Origin: an uncultured Chloroflexia bacterium
Lineage (GTDB): Bacteria; Chloroflexota; Anaerolineae; Anaerolineales; Villigracilaceae
Reading direction: 5' to 3'
Assembly (NCBI GenBank): GCA_963757465.1
Contig: CAVWRY010000002.1
Span: 72,905 to 136,904, forward strand
Length of the DNA stretch: 64,000 nucleotides
In this document: positions 18,471 to 26,931 of the stretch, in pieces
Layout: each line of letters starts with the position of its first letter
How positions within the stretch are numbered: position 1 is the first letter of the stretch
Position numbers and translations under genes: made by a program
The notes under the pieces: generated by a model
Told to the model about the DNA's origin: nothing
The model's input: the letters and a program-made list of their open reading frames with translations, nothing else
The model's database searches: none

Positions 18471-19596
18471 GGTGTAATACCATCCTGTTTACAAGCGCTT
18501 GATGCGCAGATTGGATTTCATCGTATCGGATGTCGTTGACAAAGGTACATTCGCCAAGCCCATCGGGCATGGGTACTCTTTGAAGGCCGTTGCGGTGATA
18601 GGTTCGTTCTTCCAGTGATTGCCAGAGCGTATCAACGTCCAGCGCTGCAATGTTGAGCGGAATTCCGAGATTGGCGACCAGTTGAAATATGCGCTCAATC
18701 TCTGCGTCGGTTAACATGCCACGTGCGTGGGCAATCAGGCACGAGACGATAATATCCAGCAGTACAGCCTCGCCATGCAGCAAATCGGCTTCGCGACGGG
18801 TTTCGAGGCCGTAACTGAAGGTGTGTCCAAAATCGACTTTGCGCGCCAGGTCATCTTCGAAGAGATTCGGCTCCAACTCCTCGCGCATGCCAGCAATCGC
18901 GCTGTCAAGCAGGATGGTGCCCATTTCATTCTGAAACTGACAGTTGACGCTGCTGGCGCCGTGACTTTCGAGCAGAGCAAACAGCCCGGCATCTTTGATG
19001 ACAGCCAGCTTGATGATTTCGCCTACGCCGTTCAGAATATGTCGTTTGGGGAGGGTTTTCAGGAATGATTTATCGAGCAAAACTTTTTTTGGCGCCTCGA
19101 ATGAGCCGATGCGGTTTTTGTTTCCGTTGTAGTTGATGCCGGTTTTGATGCCGATGGATGCATCCACATAGCCCATCAGGGTGGTGGGAACTTTGATGTG
19201 CGGAACGCTGCGACGGTAGGTACTGGCGACAAAGCCGACGACATCTGTCAGCACGCCGCCACCGATGGCGATGATCGGCTCGTCCCGGCGATGGATCGGA
19301 AAAGCATCGAGTGCCCGGACAATGGAGAAGTAATACTCAACGGTTTTGTTTTCTTCCCCACCAGGGAAAGTGACGATCTTTGCTTCGATTCCGTGGTGCT
19401 CGAAGTAGTTTCTGATTTCAACCGCGTAATGTTTTTCCACGTTGGCGTCGATCACGACAAGGCGACGACGGCTCTGCGTTGCGTTTGGAAAGAGCAGGTC
19501 GGTGTTCTGTGGGTCAAATAAATTGGGCGAATTTAGAATTTCGTATTCGATTGTGCGCTGATAGGTCACACGCCATTGTTTGCGTTCGGTGTTCAT
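18457..19596 (-). CDS. sugar-phosphate cyclase of the 3-dehydroquinate synthase superfamily (EboD/EEVS/DDGS-like)
   Basis: 'IAIGGGVLTDVVGFVASTYRRSVPHIKVPTTLMGYVDASIGIKTGINYNGNKNRIGSF'. 14-nt overlap with the methyltransferase gene. Confidence 0.85.
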   Translation of the reverse strand: MNTERKQWRVTYQRTIEYEILNSPNLFDPQNTDLLFPNATQSRRRLVVIDANVEKHYAVEIRNYFEHHGIEAKIVTFPGGEENKTVEYYFSIVRALDAFPIHRRDEPIIAIGGGVLTDVVGFVASTYRRSVPHIKVPTTLMGYVDASIGIKTGINYNGNKNRIGSFEAPKKVLLDKSFLKTLPKRHILNGVGEIIKLAVIKDAGLFALLESHGASSVNCQFQNEMGTILLDSAIAGMREELEPNLFEDDLARKVDFGHTFSYGLETRREADLLHGEAVLLDIIVSCLIAHARGMLTDAEIERIFQLVANLGIPLNIAALDVDTLWQSLEERTYHRNGLQRVPMPDGLGECTFVNDIRYDEIQSAHQALVNRMVLHHDRI

Positions 19597-20072
19597 TTCA
19601 CCTGTCGCCAGTTGGACTTTGCATCCAATACCCTGCTGGCAAGGGTCTGCGCCAGTTCCAGACTGTGATTCTTATAATTTCCACATTGCTGAATATTGGC
19701 ATAAGGGACTTCATTGGCAATCAAAATATCGTTCAGGATGTTTTCGTAAGTGCCGCAAATTTTTTCGGCGCCGCCTTCGTTGAACAGGATCAGGTAAAAG
19801 CCTGTCTGGCAGCCCATTAACCCGACTGAGATGAAATTTTGCGGCATGTATTTTTGAAAACCCGCCAGCAGAAAATGTTCAAAGGAATGCATTTCTGTGG
19901 TTGATAGGAAATCTTTATTGGGCTGATTGATCCGCAAATCGACTGCGTAGACCACATCGCCGGCTTGTCCAACGGTAAAGGAACGCAATTTGACATGTGG
20001 CGCGCTCAGCAATCGGTGATCCAACTCGCCAACGGTATCTGCAACCCAGCCTAATTGTTCGACATTAATCAT
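19593..20072 (-). CDS. luxS: S-ribosylhomocysteine lyase
   Basis: 'HSFEH' (HxxEH metal site), 'MGCQTGFY', 'QCGNYKNHSLELAQ'. AGGAG lies 7 nt before ATG 20072 (track ORF starts at 20090). ATGA overlap with the cyclase. Confidence 0.85.
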   Translation of the reverse strand: MINVEQLGWVADTVGELDHRLLSAPHVKLRSFTVGQAGDVVYAVDLRINQPNKDFLSTTEMHSFEHFLLAGFQKYMPQNFISVGLMGCQTGFYLILFNEGGAEKICGTYENILNDILIANEVPYANIQQCGNYKNHSLELAQTLASRVLDAKSNWRQVK

Positions 20073-20126
20073 AGAATGGCTCCTATTCATTTATAAAATT
20101 TTGCCTACTGAACCAACGCAAATGGA

Positions 20127-21368
20127 TTAGACGTACTGCGCTAAATGGCTGTAACTATCCGCCAGTGCTTTTTCCCAGGATTGGACATGGTGATACAACT
20201 CAACGGATGCGTAGCCGGAAAAACCGTTATCGGAGAGTGCCTTGAAGCTGGCGGCAAAATCCATCGTCCCTTCGCCGGGAATCTCGTGGAAGTGGACAAT
20301 GCTCGTCAGGGTGTTGGCGACCATCTTGTCCATCAATAATTTGCCTTCGCTATCTTTTGTTGTGCGCAGGTAGTAGAGAATCGGTTTGGCGCGTTCAAGC
20401 ACATCAAAGCTGAGGGCGGGCACCGAGATCAGGTAGGTGAAAATCTCGTCGTCAAAGGAGGATGCCCCGGCATAGAGACGATTGTAGTCGATGAAGGCTA
20501 CCTCCATTTGGATGTTGACGCTGCCGAGAATTTGCTCGATCTGTTTCTTTTGTGTCGTGCTGATGGGATCGTCGTAAAAATAAATTGGGTGGTTGCGGTC
20601 GACAAGCAGATAGTTGGCCGATTCGGGGAAGTAGATCAGGTAATGGGCGAAGTTCAGGTCGAGTTTTAGATTTTCGGCCATCTTGATAATTTTCAGGTTG
20701 TAGCCAGCTTTGGCATCGGAGACGTGCAAGTAGCGTGTGAGCGGGGCGGCTTTTGCCAGTGCGCCAATGTAATCGACATCAGAGCAGTACATGTGGCACA
20801 TATCGAGATGCAGGCCAAAGCGTGGCGAGTTGACGGCGTTGATCAATCGCAATCCATCCTCGACCGTTTCAATGTACATGCCAGGTTCGGGTTCCACCAG
20901 CAGGGTGATGTCTTCATCGTCGTGGATTTCTTTCAAACTACGGTGAACGCTATCCGCCAGCAGCTCCAGCGGATCTTGATCCGGATGGAGCACATGTTCC
21001 TCGCGGATAAATCCGCTGCCAAAGGTGACGAGATTCACTCCCAGCTTGCGGGCGACATCGATTCCGCGTTTAACCAGGCTGATGCGACGCTTTCTACCCG
21101 CCAAATCCACGCTCATCATCGATGGTTCATGCGGACGGGATGGGGTGAAAAAGTGGGATGCGGTGGCGACGCAGGCCGCTTTGACCTGGGTGGTCTGTAG
21201 TTTGCGTTTGACACTGGCAATGTCTTCATCGCTGATGTTGAAGGGGTTGAACTGGTCACGATGAAAGGAAATCTCAATGCCAGGGTAGCCGGCCTGATCT
21301 ACAACGTCAATGGCGTCCAGAAAGGGCAGGTTGGTCAGGCCAAATGTGCTGTAACTGAGTTTAATCAT
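20127..21368 (-). CDS. xylose-isomerase-like TIM-barrel protein with large insertion (EboE-like by size and context)
   Basis: 'GYPGIEIS', 'LLVEPEPG', 'GLHLDMCHMY', 'LHVSDAK' ... 'VHFHEIPGEGTMDF', 'ASVELYH'. It is 413 aa, versus roughly 270 aa that I recall as typical for this fold. Confidence 0.8.
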   Translation of the reverse strand: MIKLSYSTFGLTNLPFLDAIDVVDQAGYPGIEISFHRDQFNPFNISDEDIASVKRKLQTTQVKAACVATASHFFTPSRPHEPSMMSVDLAGRKRRISLVKRGIDVARKLGVNLVTFGSGFIREEHVLHPDQDPLELLADSVHRSLKEIHDDEDITLLVEPEPGMYIETVEDGLRLINAVNSPRFGLHLDMCHMYCSDVDYIGALAKAAPLTRYLHVSDAKAGYNLKIIKMAENLKLDLNFAHYLIYFPESANYLLVDRNHPIYFYDDPISTTQKKQIEQILGSVNIQMEVAFIDYNRLYAGASSFDDEIFTYLISVPALSFDVLERAKPILYYLRTTKDSEGKLLMDKMVANTLTSIVHFHEIPGEGTMDFAASFKALSDNGFSGYASVELYHHVQSWEKALADSYSHLAQYV

Positions 21369-21406
21369 GGTTGCTGCTCCGATTTGTTAGCGTCGTCTTG
21401 TGTCTT

Positions 21407-21904
21407 TTATTTGACGATCAGAACATACATTGTGCCATCCGCCTGGGGAATAATTGAGACGGAGGCTGTTGCAGTATCTTTCATGAAAATCAATAGAATC
21501 GTTTCAGTTGTGCCTTTGCCAGTTGCAAACATTGTCCAGCCCAATTTTGCCATTGCCTTGGCATAGAAATCCTGGATTTCGTCGGATGTTGCCTGGATGG
21601 TAAAGGTATAGCCTTTGCTGTCGCCATCGCCTGCGATGGCTTTTGGCATAATCGGGAAACCTTCCCAACTGGTTGCGGGTTTTCCGGTGGGCATAGTCAA
21701 AGCCGGCTCGGTTGGCGTTTCGGTTGGGGAGATGGCTGTTGCGGTGAGGGTTGGCGTAATGGTCGGCGCAGGCGTGGACGTGGTGGTTGGCAAATCTGTG
21801 GCAGTGGGGATGGGCGTTGTTGTGGGGGTTGGCGCAAGCGTGCTGCAAGCAGTAAGTGCGATTGCCAAAAATGGAATAAGGATGATTTTATGGATGGTTT
21901 TCAT
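21407..21904 (-). CDS. lipoprotein, hypothetical (Thr/Pro linker plus small alpha/beta domain)
   Basis: Lipobox 'ALTAC'. 'PTPTTTPIPTATDLPTTTSTPAPTITPT' linker. Confidence 0.7.
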   Translation of the reverse strand: MKTIHKIILIPFLAIALTACSTLAPTPTTTPIPTATDLPTTTSTPAPTITPTLTATAISPTETPTEPALTMPTGKPATSWEGFPIMPKAIAGDGDSKGYTFTIQATSDEIQDFYAKAMAKLGWTMFATGKGTTETILLIFMKDTATASVSIIPQADGTMYVLIVK

Positions 21905-21959
21905 TTGTATTCCTCATAGCGCTTTAATGTTTTGTGGACGGTATTATATAGCAGGCAAA

Positions 21960-22601
21960 TTATTTTTGCCCATACAAGAAGGTCAACGTGCCAAAGAAGG
22001 TCTGAAAATCGCCCATGGGAAGCATCGTCAGGCCGGGCGCGCCAAAGATTTCGGGTAGCAGGCCGTCGATGTTGTCATTAGCTTCTTCAAATTCGTGCAG
22101 CAAGGGGCCGAGTAGTTTTGCGTAAAGCGTGCTGGGTTTGCCAAAGTCGATGATGTGCAGTTGTCCGCCAGGTTTTAGCACGCGATAGATTTCTTTCGCG
22201 GTGCGGATTTTGTCGGGGGTTTTCAGGTGATGAATCATAATGCTGGAAAGAACGCGGTCAATCGAGCCATCGGCGTAGGGTAGAGCAAAGGTCATGCCCT
22301 CGTCGAATGTCACGTCCACGCCCAGGGTAGTAGCTTTCTTGAAGGCGATGCCCAAAATTTCCGGGTCGCCATCCAGGCCGCTGACATGTGCCAGGGGTTG
22401 CGACTGCTTCGCCATGATTGCCAGCGTGCCGGTGCCACAGCCCAAATCCACCACGCGCTGACCGGGTTGGATGTTTGCCTGCTCAATCAGGCGGCGCTTA
22501 TAGATTACGTCGCGCACCAATCCGCTTTGGATGGCGTCAAAATAAGGGGTCAGAAAGCGAAAGCTGAGCGCGGGGATGTAATCTTGTTTGTCTGTGGTCA
22601 T
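21960..22601 (-). CDS. class I SAM-dependent methyltransferase
   Basis: AAGGAGA RBS before ATG 22601. 'VVDLGCGTGTL', 'RVLSSIMIHHL', 'VLKPGGQLHIIDF'. Confidence 0.85.
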   Translation of the reverse strand: MTTDKQDYIPALSFRFLTPYFDAIQSGLVRDVIYKRRLIEQANIQPGQRVVDLGCGTGTLAIMAKQSQPLAHVSGLDGDPEILGIAFKKATTLGVDVTFDEGMTFALPYADGSIDRVLSSIMIHHLKTPDKIRTAKEIYRVLKPGGQLHIIDFGKPSTLYAKLLGPLLHEFEEANDNIDGLLPEIFGAPGLTMLPMGDFQTFFGTLTFLYGQK

Positions 22602-22744
22602 GAAAAAATCTCCTTCTTGCTGATACACTCATTGTATCAAACTGTTTGTTCATTTTAGCACAAATGAGATCGTAAAGGTGCGAATTGACAAATTTGACAG
22701 ATTCACCGAACTTTTGATGCATAAGCTGTGTATAGTATTGTGTG

Positions 22745-23326
22745 ATGCAAAATAAAATGACAGAAACCAACTTGCAATTAATCCGCCGCGCACAGGCTCA
22801 CGACCGGGATGCTTTTGCCGCGCTCTTTGCGCAGTACAAAAACTTGGTATATCGCAGCGCTTATCTGATGCTTGATGATGCGCATGATGCTGAAGATGCC
22901 CTTCAGGAAGTTTTTGTGCAGGTGCATCGTTCGCTGGTGGGGTTTGATCCGCAAAAGGGTGCGTTTACGACCTGGCTGCACCGCATCACAATCAACCATT
23001 GTCTTAACCATCGTCGCAGACGCGGTTTTGTTGCTGCATCGCTTGATGAAAGCCTATCTTCGGGCGAATTCCCTGGGGCACAGTCAGCAGAGCAGCAATC
23101 TGTTTGGCAGGCGGTGTGCGGATTGGGTGAGAAGTTGCAGGTTGTGATTGTGTTGCGTTATTTCTGGGATTTGTCGTATGCAGAAATTGCCCAAATTTTG
23201 GAAATTCCCCTGGGGACGGTTAAATCAAGGCTCGATCTGGCCTTGAAAACGCTGCGCCCCGTGTTCGACGATGAAAAATCCCGCTCCGGCTCTGGCCCGG
23301 CGGTAGAGGTGACTCATGAATTGTGA
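22745..23326 (+). CDS. ECF (group 4) RNA polymerase sigma factor, copy 1
   Basis: Region 2 'DAEDALQEVFVQVHRSL...FTTWLHRITINHCLNHRR'. Region 4 'SYAEIAQILEIPLGTVKSRL'. Confidence 0.9.
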   Translation: MQNKMTETNLQLIRRAQAHDRDAFAALFAQYKNLVYRSAYLMLDDAHDAEDALQEVFVQVHRSLVGFDPQKGAFTTWLHRITINHCLNHRRRRGFVAASLDESLSSGEFPGAQSAEQQSVWQAVCGLGEKLQVVIVLRYFWDLSYAEIAQILEIPLGTVKSRLDLALKTLRPVFDDEKSRSGSGPAVEVTHEL

Positions 23327-24836
23327 ACAGGTACAGTCATTATTGGTCTCATATCTTCATCACGAGACAACCCCTTCTGAACGGATATTGATCTGCACCC
23401 ACATCTCAACTTGTGAGGCCTGTCAGAAGGAACTGGCACTGCTTTCCACCACGCAGAGTCAGATCAGTTTGGCGTTGCAGCGTCGGGCTGCCAACGCCGT
23501 CCCATTGCCCGACGCATGGGACAGACTGGAAGCAAGACTGGTAAAGGATGCACAACCTGCGCCAGTGCAACCCGCAATGTGGTTCTCGCGCTTTGGGCCC
23601 GGCGTGAACCGCATCACTTCAAGACTTTTTTCAGGAGACCCAAAAATGAACAAGCGATATACACTGGCAACCGCCAGCATTGCAATACTGGCCGCAATTA
23701 CGCTGACTGCTGTTTTAATGTTCAACAGTGCCACATCCGTTTCGGCACAGCAAATCATTGATCGGGCCACCGCAGTCCAATCCGCTGCGCAAGACACTAC
23801 CGGGATTGAGCACTACCGTATTGAAAGCTACCGTAACATGCTGGCGCTCGCAGGCGACAACCCTGGAACCACGACCACAACCGATGACTATGATTACACT
23901 AAAAAAGGTCTGTACCGCTCCACTACTTATGACGCGGCTGGCAAGATCCTGACTGTCTCTTCAACGGATGGTGCTTTCTCTTACTGGCTGCCCGAAGCAG
24001 AGAGTGTTGTTCATCGCAGCCCGATTGGTTCGGATGGTCAACGAAAAGCAATGGCACAATCTGACGATGGTAATACCCAGGCAGCGAGTTTGTTCAATTA
24101 TTACCGCAACAATCCGCGCGTGGAACTGAAAGGCAAAGAAACCCGCCCCGATGGTACACAGATTTATGTGCTGATCGACCGCAACTACCAGACTAGCAGT
24201 GATGGAAAAGATCAGCCAGTCTATACCGGTTCAATGAGCATGGTTTTCGATGCCCAAACGTATCGGCTGTTGGAGAGTGAGACCACCGTGCATAAAAACG
24301 GACAGGATATTGTGGTCGAAAAGGTGCGCTTCCTGCTGCAAGAGACTCTCCCGGTGGAAACATCAGTAGCCTGGGACCTGAGCGACCTGAAAGGCGTCAC
24401 TTTTGTGGACGATGCCCCTGCTGATGAAACGGCTGAAGCACTGCCTGTGCCGATCTCGCTCGAAGAACTCGCCACGCATGAGCATACCTATGTGCTCAAA
24501 ACGATCCCCGCAGGGTATACACTCGAAATCGTTGCTGCACCTCACCAGCCAATCGATCAGCCCTACGCCTACGAAGCCAATTACAAGAATGCTGCTGGTG
24601 ATTATTATTTTGGCTTGCAGGCCGTCGGTATAATGGAACCCGGCTTCATCGAATCCAGTTTTTATGATGGCAGCTACAAAGCAAAATCGGGTTTGATTTT
24701 GAATTACGGCGAAAATGGCCCAGGCGGCATGTTGACCACCCCCGATGGTTACAGTTTTCTGGTCTTCACTAGTTTCAAATCCACTACCCGTGAACAGTTT
24801 CAGGCGCTGATTGAAGATTTGGTGCCGCTCCATTAA
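23316..24836 (+). CDS. zf-HC2 anti-sigma factor with TM helix and ~370-aa extracytoplasmic domain, copy 1
   Basis: 'HISTCEACQKEL' (Hx3Cx2C). TM 'LATASIAILAAITLTAVLMF'. 11-nt overlap with the sigma gene. Confidence 0.8.
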   Translation: MNCEQVQSLLVSYLHHETTPSERILICTHISTCEACQKELALLSTTQSQISLALQRRAANAVPLPDAWDRLEARLVKDAQPAPVQPAMWFSRFGPGVNRITSRLFSGDPKMNKRYTLATASIAILAAITLTAVLMFNSATSVSAQQIIDRATAVQSAAQDTTGIEHYRIESYRNMLALAGDNPGTTTTTDDYDYTKKGLYRSTTYDAAGKILTVSSTDGAFSYWLPEAESVVHRSPIGSDGQRKAMAQSDDGNTQAASLFNYYRNNPRVELKGKETRPDGTQIYVLIDRNYQTSSDGKDQPVYTGSMSMVFDAQTYRLLESETTVHKNGQDIVVEKVRFLLQETLPVETSVAWDLSDLKGVTFVDDAPADETAEALPVPISLEELATHEHTYVLKTIPAGYTLEIVAAPHQPIDQPYAYEANYKNAAGDYYFGLQAVGIMEPGFIESSFYDGSYKAKSGLILNYGENGPGGMLTTPDGYSFLVFTSFKSTTREQFQALIEDLVPLH

Positions 24837-24870
24837 TCCTGCAAGGCAAAGCCCAACCGGGCAAACCATC

Positions 24871-24907
24871 AACATCCCCGACATCTTCAAGGTGTTGGGG
24901 ATGTTTT
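24871..24907 (+). terminator. rho-independent terminator
   Basis: aacatcccc-N17-ggggatgtt followed by a T tract. Confidence 0.65.
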
Positions 24908-24968
24908 CTTAACCGAAAAACTCCCACTTTTCACATCCAAAGGATAGTATAGATAGAGGACCTCATCT

Positions 24969-25589
24969 GTGATTGTGAAACCCCCAGGCTTGGACGAAAA
25001 AAGAGCAATTACCCAACTAAAGCAAGGTGATCTCGACGGAATGGAAGTGCTCGTACGGCGCTATCAGATCCGCGCTGTTTCTGCTGCCTTTTTGATTGTG
25101 CGCGACCCAAAGTTGGCTGAAGATATTGTTCAAGATGCTTTTCTGCACGTGGCGGAAAAGATCAGCCAGTTTGACGAGAATCGGCCTTTTGGGGCGTGGT
25201 TTTTGCGCAGCGTTGTCAATGCATCGGTCAAGGCGGCAAAACGGCAAAAGCGTTTGATCCCCCTGAATGGGGAGGCGCAGGATGAAGAAGGCACCAGCAT
25301 AGCGGATTGGTTAATGGACCCAGACCCGCATCCGGAATTCCTGATCGAAACGGAGCAAATCCGTCAGGTGGTCTGGAAAGCCCTCGGGCAGTTGTCTCCC
25401 GATCAACGGGCGGCGATTATCATGCGCCATTTTCTCGATATGAGCGAAGCCGAAATGACAGGCGAGTTGCAGCGTCCGCTGACCACCATTCGCTGGCGTT
25501 TGAAAACGGCGCGCAACCAGCTTAGGAAAATCCTGCAACATTTCTGGAAATCAGACTATCAGGAAGTGAACGATGAAAGACAAATCTAA
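24969..25589 (+). CDS. ECF RNA polymerase sigma factor, copy 2
   Basis: 'AEDIVQDAFLHVAEKI...FGAWFLRSVVNASVKAAKR'. 'SEAEMTGELQRPLTTIRWRL'. GTG start in the track. Confidence 0.88.
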   Translation: MIVKPPGLDEKRAITQLKQGDLDGMEVLVRRYQIRAVSAAFLIVRDPKLAEDIVQDAFLHVAEKISQFDENRPFGAWFLRSVVNASVKAAKRQKRLIPLNGEAQDEEGTSIADWLMDPDPHPEFLIETEQIRQVVWKALGQLSPDQRAAIIMRHFLDMSEAEMTGELQRPLTTIRWRLKTARNQLRKILQHFWKSDYQEVNDERQI

Positions 25590-26931
25590 TTCCGTCATCC
25601 AATCCATGCTGGAACATTTGGCACACGAAACCATCCATCCAGATCAAGTAAATATGTGGCCTGCTATTCGGGCCAGCCTTGCGACACGTAAAATGTTATC
25701 CAAACCCAAGGAGCTTTCAGTGAACAAACGAATCCTACTCTCTGCTGGTACAGCAGTGCTATTTCTAACGATTGTGGTTGTTTTCATGGCCCGTAGTGCC
25801 ACCCCTGTCTCTGCGCAGGCCATTCTCGACAAGGCTTATGCAGCCCAATCCAGTGCAAGCCCGGCGGATGGGATTGAGCACATCCGCAGTGAGATATATA
25901 CCAATATTCAGGTCTTACCCGCCGATCAAGGTACGGATCAGATTGTCGAAAGTTATCACGATCTGGAAACCGGCAAAAGGCGGCTGGTGACATTGGATGC
26001 CAAAACGGGCAAGGTGGTTGATGTCTTCGGATACAACGGTACATTCACTTACAGCGTTGAATACCCCGCCGACAGTCCGCGCCCGACGAATCCCAGTGGC
26101 CCCTTGACAGTCTATCGCACGCCGCAAGGCAAACTGGCAGATCAGGATGGCAAACGGCGTGGTGATGACATCACGTCGAAAGACATTTTTGACAAAATGC
26201 GCGGTCAGTCTGATACGCATCTTGACGGTCAGGAAACCTGGCCTGACGGGCGCCAAGTCTACGTGCTTAGTACGCAGCAGCCCATCAAAGTGCAGGTCAA
26301 CGGAAAAATTGAGCAGCCAATTGGCAAAGTGATCGTTTACTTTGACGTGGAAACCTACAAGATGGTTGGTAACCGCACGACCATGCAAAAAGATGGACAG
26401 GAAATCATCATTACTTCACAAACCATCCTGGCTGATGAATTTCTCCCCGCGAGCGCCAGCGTTGCCTGGGACTTAAGCGACCTGCAAGGCATCACCCTGG
26501 TCGATGACCCCAACCGCGAACATGGCGATCTGTTGCCCGAAGTTATCACCTCGCAGCAGCTTGCCGCTCGAACAACAACAGCCTATCTGCTCAAGTCCGT
26601 CCCGGATGGCTACTCGCTGGAAATCAGCGAACCACAGCGCAAAAAGGGCAGCACTGAGCCGTATATTTACATTGCTTCTTATCGCACTGAAGCCAATGAT
26701 TACTTTGTCATTCAGACGGGCATGTACAAGGATTTCAGCGACGAAGGGGAAGCTTACACCACCGCCAGTGGACTGGTTTTGCACTTTACGCGTGAAGTGA
26801 TTGACCCATCGGGCAAACAGTATGTCACAATGGGTGTGGATGCGCCCAATGGCGTTTTCTTCATGGTCACAAGCACGCTGCCCAAAGAGACCGTCAAAGC
26901 CTGGGCAGAGAATCTGGTGCTGGTGAAATAG
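25573..26931 (+). CDS. anti-sigma-like membrane protein, copy 2 (no zinc motif)
   Basis: Paralog of 23316-24836: 'VSAQAILDKAYAAQS...GIEHIRSEIY' and 'VAWDLSDLQGITLVDD'. 17-nt overlap with sigma copy 2. Confidence 0.78.
   Translation: MKDKSNSVIQSMLEHLAHETIHPDQVNMWPAIRASLATRKMLSKPKELSVNKRILLSAGTAVLFLTIVVVFMARSATPVSAQAILDKAYAAQSSASPADGIEHIRSEIYTNIQVLPADQGTDQIVESYHDLETGKRRLVTLDAKTGKVVDVFGYNGTFTYSVEYPADSPRPTNPSGPLTVYRTPQGKLADQDGKRRGDDITSKDIFDKMRGQSDTHLDGQETWPDGRQVYVLSTQQPIKVQVNGKIEQPIGKVIVYFDVETYKMVGNRTTMQKDGQEIIITSQTILADEFLPASASVAWDLSDLQGITLVDDPNREHGDLLPEVITSQQLAARTTTAYLLKSVPDGYSLEISEPQRKKGSTEPYIYIASYRTEANDYFVIQTGMYKDFSDEGEAYTTASGLVLHFTREVIDPSGKQYVTMGVDAPNGVFFMVTSTLPKETVKAWAENLVLVK

Noticed and set aside
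19593-20072. LuxS as evidence for AI-2 quorum sensing.
   Set aside because: LuxS is primarily a methyl-cycle enzyme. No AI-2 receptor or transporter (lsr/luxP) is seen in the window.
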